Below are positions 60,426-64,000 of a DNA stretch of 64,000 nt, piece after piece. The stretch lies in sequence record PV261925.1; one strand, given 5' to 3'. The notes beneath the pieces were generated by a model, which was not told the origin of the DNA, did not search any database, and saw only the letters and a program-made list of their open reading frames with translations. How positions within the stretch are numbered: the first letter of the stretch is position 1; each line of letters begins with the position of its first letter. The position numbers were made by a program, and so were the translations under genes.

Positions 60426-62195
60426 TCAGAATGTACCACCGTCGATGGTTGCGTTCTCAATCAGAACCTCACCACTCGAACACTTGATAACTTCCTGAAC
60501 TCCACTACATCCACCGATGTGGAGAGAACCTACTTCAAGTGCACCAGCTGCATTTGAAGTCAGAACACCTGAAGATTCAGATACATCGGAAGAAACAACG
60601 ATTCTTGAAGTCGAGTCATCCCAATATACAGCAGCCTTCTTAGCAGAAGACGTGAAGTAGTTGAAGATAACACCGATATCCTTATCGAGGTCAGAAGATG
60701 GTGCAGAACCATCAACCATACCCAGTTCCAAGAGTTGGTCTTCAATGGTTGTTTGTGATGTATTAACCTGAGTGGTTGAACCATTGACAATCAGGTTACC
60801 CTGAACTGTAAGGTTTTGGTTACAAGCAACAGCACCAGTTGAATTGGTGATTGTAATTGCGGTAGTACCATCATTGGCCTGAAGATTAGTAGCCTTTACA
60901 GTTGGAGTTGTAAGTGAAGTTGTGACTGTAACTGCATCGGGGAGTCCGACAGTAAGAGTCTGTCCAGAAGCAGAAGTCTCAATCTCATTTGCGGTACCAG
61001 AAATAGTCAGAGATTGGGAGTCGAGGTCAACAGCACCAGTTCCAGAATCACCAGCAAGGTCAAGATCTTGTGCAGTAATGTTTGTATCAACGTAGTCTTT
61101 TACTGCAGCAGATGTTGGGATGGTAGTATCATTGTCATTAGATGCGATACCCTCAGACTCAATAACAATTGCAGCTGCTGCAAAGTCAGCTACAGCCAAA
61201 TTGGTAATTGAGTTACCAGTACCATCAGCATCAAAAGTCTTATTGGTTAAGGTATCAGATGATGATGCCGTGATGAAAGCAGATGTTGCATTACTATAAT
61301 TTGCAAGATCATTATCAACTACAAAGTCATATTCTCCATTCGTATCATCATATGAAACAGTGATACGAGTTTGTGTACCAGCTGTAATTGCAGCACCAAC
61401 AATATCCTCAATTCTTTCTGCTTGAAGTGTTACTGCACCTGAAGTAACTGAGAAGTCAGTTGCATCGAAAGAAGCAACACCCTTATTTGAAGTTGATGCA
61501 TCTTCACCTGCAACCGTGATAGTAGCACCAGAGTGAGTAACATCAACTCCTTCACCACCAAGGATTGAGAATCCGTGGGATGTTGCAGTCGTGATACCAC
61601 TATCAGTCGTCACATACTTGACAACGTTGTCAGTTAATGAAACGGCACCGCTAGAGACACTGAAATCATTACTGTTGAAAGAAGCAACACCCTTGTTTGA
61701 AGTAGATGCATCTTCTGCAGAAATAGTTACTGTGTCATTAGTAATAGCAGTATCAATGCCTTCACCACCTGTGAAAGTCAGAGTACCACCAGTGCTAAAT
61801 GTGTCAGATCCACTATCACCAGTGATTGTGAAATCGGATGCAGCTGGAGCAGCAAATGACAGTCCACCATTACCATCACTGGTAAGTAAGTCTCCGTTAT
61901 TGCCATCATCTGCTGGCATTGTCAGAGTATAACTTGCTGCCAGAGAATCTGGTGATTTAATGGTTACTGAGTTAGTACCATTGTTTGTGCCTTCGACAAG
62001 CTTTACACCACTACCAGTGGATGCAGTACCTACTGACCAATATCTACCAGAACCAACGAATTGGTTCAATGCAGTAGTAGAATTTACACCAACATACAAA
62101 TCATATGAATCGGTTGTAAAACCAGGCTCACCCGCACGAAGGGCAGGGAGGTTGGCTAATACACCTCTCTTAAACTGAATTACTGGTGCTGCCAC
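60426..62195 (-). CDS. tail fibre protein
   Basis: Mtd_N-like N-terminus, internal 70-aa repeat, C-terminal IDGGTF. Confidence 0.8.
   Translation of the reverse strand: MAAPVIQFKRGVLANLPALRAGEPGFTTDSYDLYVGVNSTTALNQFVGSGRYWSVGTASTGSGVKLVEGTNNGTNSVTIKSPDSLAASYTLTMPADDGNNGDLLTSDGNGGLSFAAPAASDFTITGDSGSDTFSTGGTLTFTGGEGIDTAITNDTVTISAEDASTSNKGVASFNSNDFSVSSGAVSLTDNVVKYVTTDSGITTATSHGFSILGGEGVDVTHSGATITVAGEDASTSNKGVASFDATDFSVTSGAVTLQAERIEDIVGAAITAGTQTRITVSYDDTNGEYDFVVDNDLANYSNATSAFITASSSDTLTNKTFDADGTGNSITNLAVADFAAAAIVIESEGIASNDNDTTIPTSAAVKDYVDTNITAQDLDLAGDSGTGAVDLDSQSLTISGTANEIETSASGQTLTVGLPDAVTVTTSLTTPTVKATNLQANDGTTAITITNSTGAVACNQNLTVQGNLIVNGSTTQVNTSQTTIEDQLLELGMVDGSAPSSDLDKDIGVIFNYFTSSAKKAAVYWDDSTSRIVVSSDVSESSGVLTSNAAGALEVGSLHIGGCSGVQEVIKCSSGEVLIENATIDGGTF
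61430..61780 (-). repeat. 70-aa (210-nt) tandem repeat in the fibre gene
   Basis: GGEG...EDASTSNKGVASF..DFSV.SGAV.L occurs twice; DNA match at 61471 and 61681. Confidence 0.85.
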
Positions 62196-62248
62196 GAGCT
62201 ACCCTCCTTCTTCGTATAAAGATACACTTTTTATATTATTATTTAGAT

Positions 62249-62488
62249 TTAGAAAGACCCACCGTCATATGATCTTGTGGTGATTTTATCCACCTCAAGG
62301 AGGGATTCAACTTGATCTATAAAAGAATCTTCTAAATCATTATCTTCAGCTGCTGATATTAAAATAGGTGAATTATTGATAATATCCCTCAATCTAAATC
62401 TTCCTGCTGCTGCATCGTATTGAAGTACTGCAGGAATAGTCTTATCCTCTGGATTTAAATCATCAGTATCGATTACTCTTAATGGCAT
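62249..62488 (-). CDS. hypothetical protein ending in DGGSF
   Basis: 79 aa; resembles the next gene. Confidence 0.7.
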   Translation of the reverse strand: MPLRVIDTDDLNPEDKTIPAVLQYDAAAGRFRLRDIINNSPILISAAEDNDLEDSFIDQVESLLEVDKITTRSYDGGSF

Positions 62489-62811
62489 CAGAAGCCACCT
62501 CCATCAATATCTCCACCCTCAATATTTCCAAGGTTTATTTCATCTTCAAGTTCTCTTATAAATGAATCCGCAATGTCACCATCTTCGGCTGCTCTTTCAA
62601 GTAAGACATCTGCTGTAGTCAATTCAAACTTCTTAGTTATATTATTAAAGGTAACAAATAGACCATCTTTTGTATCATCAAGAACACCAAAACTGGTATC
62701 ACCCATATCACCAAGAGTGGTGGGTTGTCTTACGTTTTTAACTAAAGTTTTGGTTGTTTGTTTTTTAGAGATACTTTTGGCACCAGAGGCACCTTTTCTT
62801 ACAGTTGCCAT
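62488..62811 (-). CDS. hypothetical protein ending in DGGGF
   Basis: 107 aa; D.DV...DG pattern of fibre-associated proteins. Confidence 0.72.
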   Translation of the reverse strand: MATVRKGASGAKSISKKQTTKTLVKNVRQPTTLGDMGDTSFGVLDDTKDGLFVTFNNITKKFELTTADVLLERAAEDGDIADSFIRELEDEINLGNIEGGDIDGGGF

Positions 62812-63146
62812 TAGGTTGAAATACCAGCGGTTACCATAGCAGACCCCTCTACCATTCTTGAAACCGAACCACTACCAGATGTCAATACTACATCATAATA
62901 ATATCTACCTGGTTTCAGATTTACGGTTTTGCCTGCTGTCATTGCAATTGAAACTTCACCAGTCAGTCCAACAATAGAGACAGAAAATGATTCGGATGAT
63001 GGTGAACCTGGATACTTTTTAATTTTAGATACACCAGAGAATCCGCTCAAATTAGAAGCACTTCCATCAGATTCAGTAGAAGTAAAACTTTCACTGAAGT
63101 CTGTGCCTTGAGCAATGACTATGTTGACAACAGGAGTAGCGGCCAT
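62811..63146 (-). CDS. BppU-like Ig-fold virion protein
   Basis: I.QGTDF...GRYYYDV...RMVEG...VT. Confidence 0.7.
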   Translation of the reverse strand: MAATPVVNIVIAQGTDFSESFTSTESDGSASNLSGFSGVSKIKKYPGSPSSESFSVSIVGLTGEVSIAMTAGKTVNLKPGRYYYDVVLTSGSGSVSRMVEGSAMVTAGIST

Positions 63147-63157
63147 CTCTTATTTTT

Positions 63158-63586
63158 TTAACTATTTAGATCTTTGTTGACGTTTTTCAACATTTTTTGC
63201 AAATCTGCTGTACTGCCAACAAAAAGTGCATTATTAGTTACAGAAGTAGGTCCCTTCTTATCTTCCTCATTTACATCTTTAAGTTTTTTCTGTAAATCCA
63301 TCAATTTATCAGTTGCGTCAGAGACATTCTTAATCAACTGACCTGCAACTTCATATGCACGAGGCATTTCACTCTCTTGAGCAAGTTCTAAGATACCGTT
63401 GATTGCTTCTTGTCCTTTTTCAATGATCGAATATAAATTACCCCTAGTATACTCGTAGTCTTTACGGATATCTTCGTTGGAGTTTTCAAATTTTGTGATT
63501 TGTCTTTCGACATCATCCTTCTTTTCTGTCTTAACTTCAATCGGTTCGACATCAAATGTTTCGTTGAGCTTTTCATACTTATCCAT
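63158..63586 (-). CDS. gp16: terminase small subunit (T4 gp16-like)
   Basis: DYEYTRGNL, PRAYEV, NNALFVGSTADL. Confidence 0.93.
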   Translation of the reverse strand: MDKYEKLNETFDVEPIEVKTEKKDDVERQITKFENSNEDIRKDYEYTRGNLYSIIEKGQEAINGILELAQESEMPRAYEVAGQLIKNVSDATDKLMDLQKKLKDVNEEDKKGPTSVTNNALFVGSTADLQKMLKNVNKDLNS

Positions 63587-63595
63587 GGGTTAACC

Positions 63596-64000
63596 TCAGA
63601 AGACATTACCATCAAACCCGAAATCGTCTCCAAGTTCTATCTGTACATTGTCATTGTTATTAATAGTGTACACCTTGGAACCAAGAACGTGGTTCTGAAG
63701 AGGAGACTTATCTTCAGCTCTCCTTACCACCAACTTATTGTCTGCTACGGTCTCAACATACATCTCTTCTTGGTCAATATAGATGTAAGAACCTTCTGGA
63801 ATTGCTGAACCATTTTCAACATCAATCACAGTTTCATTCATATCAACATTTTCAGCAAGTAATGTTGCTACTACACCATCATAATCTTTGATAGCTCTTG
63901 GTGTGACCTGATAAGTAACATCTCTCTCATACTTATTGGACTTGGATCCAGCAATGTATCCAACAGTAACCTTCTTAATGATATCGTTAGAGACATCCTT
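63596..64000 (-). CDS. gp15: C-terminal part of tail sheath stabiliser gp15 (5' end outside the window)
   Basis: The frame is open to the window edge (KDVSNDIIKKVTVGYIAG...); gene order gp15-gp16. Confidence 0.8.
   Translation of the reverse strand, partial: KDVSNDIIKKVTVGYIAGSKSNKYERDVTYQVTPRAIKDYDGVVATLLAENVDMNETVIDVENGSAIPEGSYIYIDQEEMYVETVADNKLVVRRAEDKSPLQNHVLGSKVYTINNNDNVQIELGDDFGFDGNVF

Noticed and set aside
1-64000. CRISPR array, integrase, IS element, retron or DGR
   Set aside because: No regularly spaced direct repeats, recombinase, transposase or reverse transcriptase motifs were seen by eye.
1-64000. Stop-codon reassignment or suppressor tRNAs
   Set aside because: Core genes are intact under the standard code, and no CUA, UUA or UCA anticodon tRNA was found.

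Overview
This window is a 64-kb segment of a T4-like cyanophage (marine Synechococcus-type myovirus; host inferred from gene content, not shown directly), with essentially every gene on the minus strand. In transcription order (right to left) it holds: the 3' end of gp15, gp16, tail-fibre/accessory virion genes, gp17-gp23, gp3, uvsY, uvsW, gp55, gp47/46, a CobT-like/CobS-like pair, gp45, speD, gp44, gp62, regA, hsp20, gp43, uvsX, gp41, mazG, a DNA-modification operon, a block of likely head-packaged proteins, primase, nrdA/nrdB, a lysozyme-like gene and 10 tRNAs with interspersed ORFs and structured RNAs. The strongest signal is a translationally coupled operon at 17126-19748: a CmoA-like carboxy-SAM synthase, a glutaminase-less asparagine-synthetase-like amide ligase, and a C5 cytosine MTase whose motif-X Asn is replaced by Arg. 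Together these predict carboxymethyl-cytosine DNA hypermodification rather than methylation; I recall a similar locus being reported in another Synechococcus phage, so novelty needs checking. Other leads: a 687-aa protein with a Cas9-type HNH motif and a possible capsid-targeting leader, putative gp21-processed polyproteins, a ROSE-like thermometer upstream of hsp20, a manA-like RNA and an H-type pseudoknot in the tRNA cluster, and a repeated promoter architecture. All calls rest on motif recognition from memory; no database searches were run.
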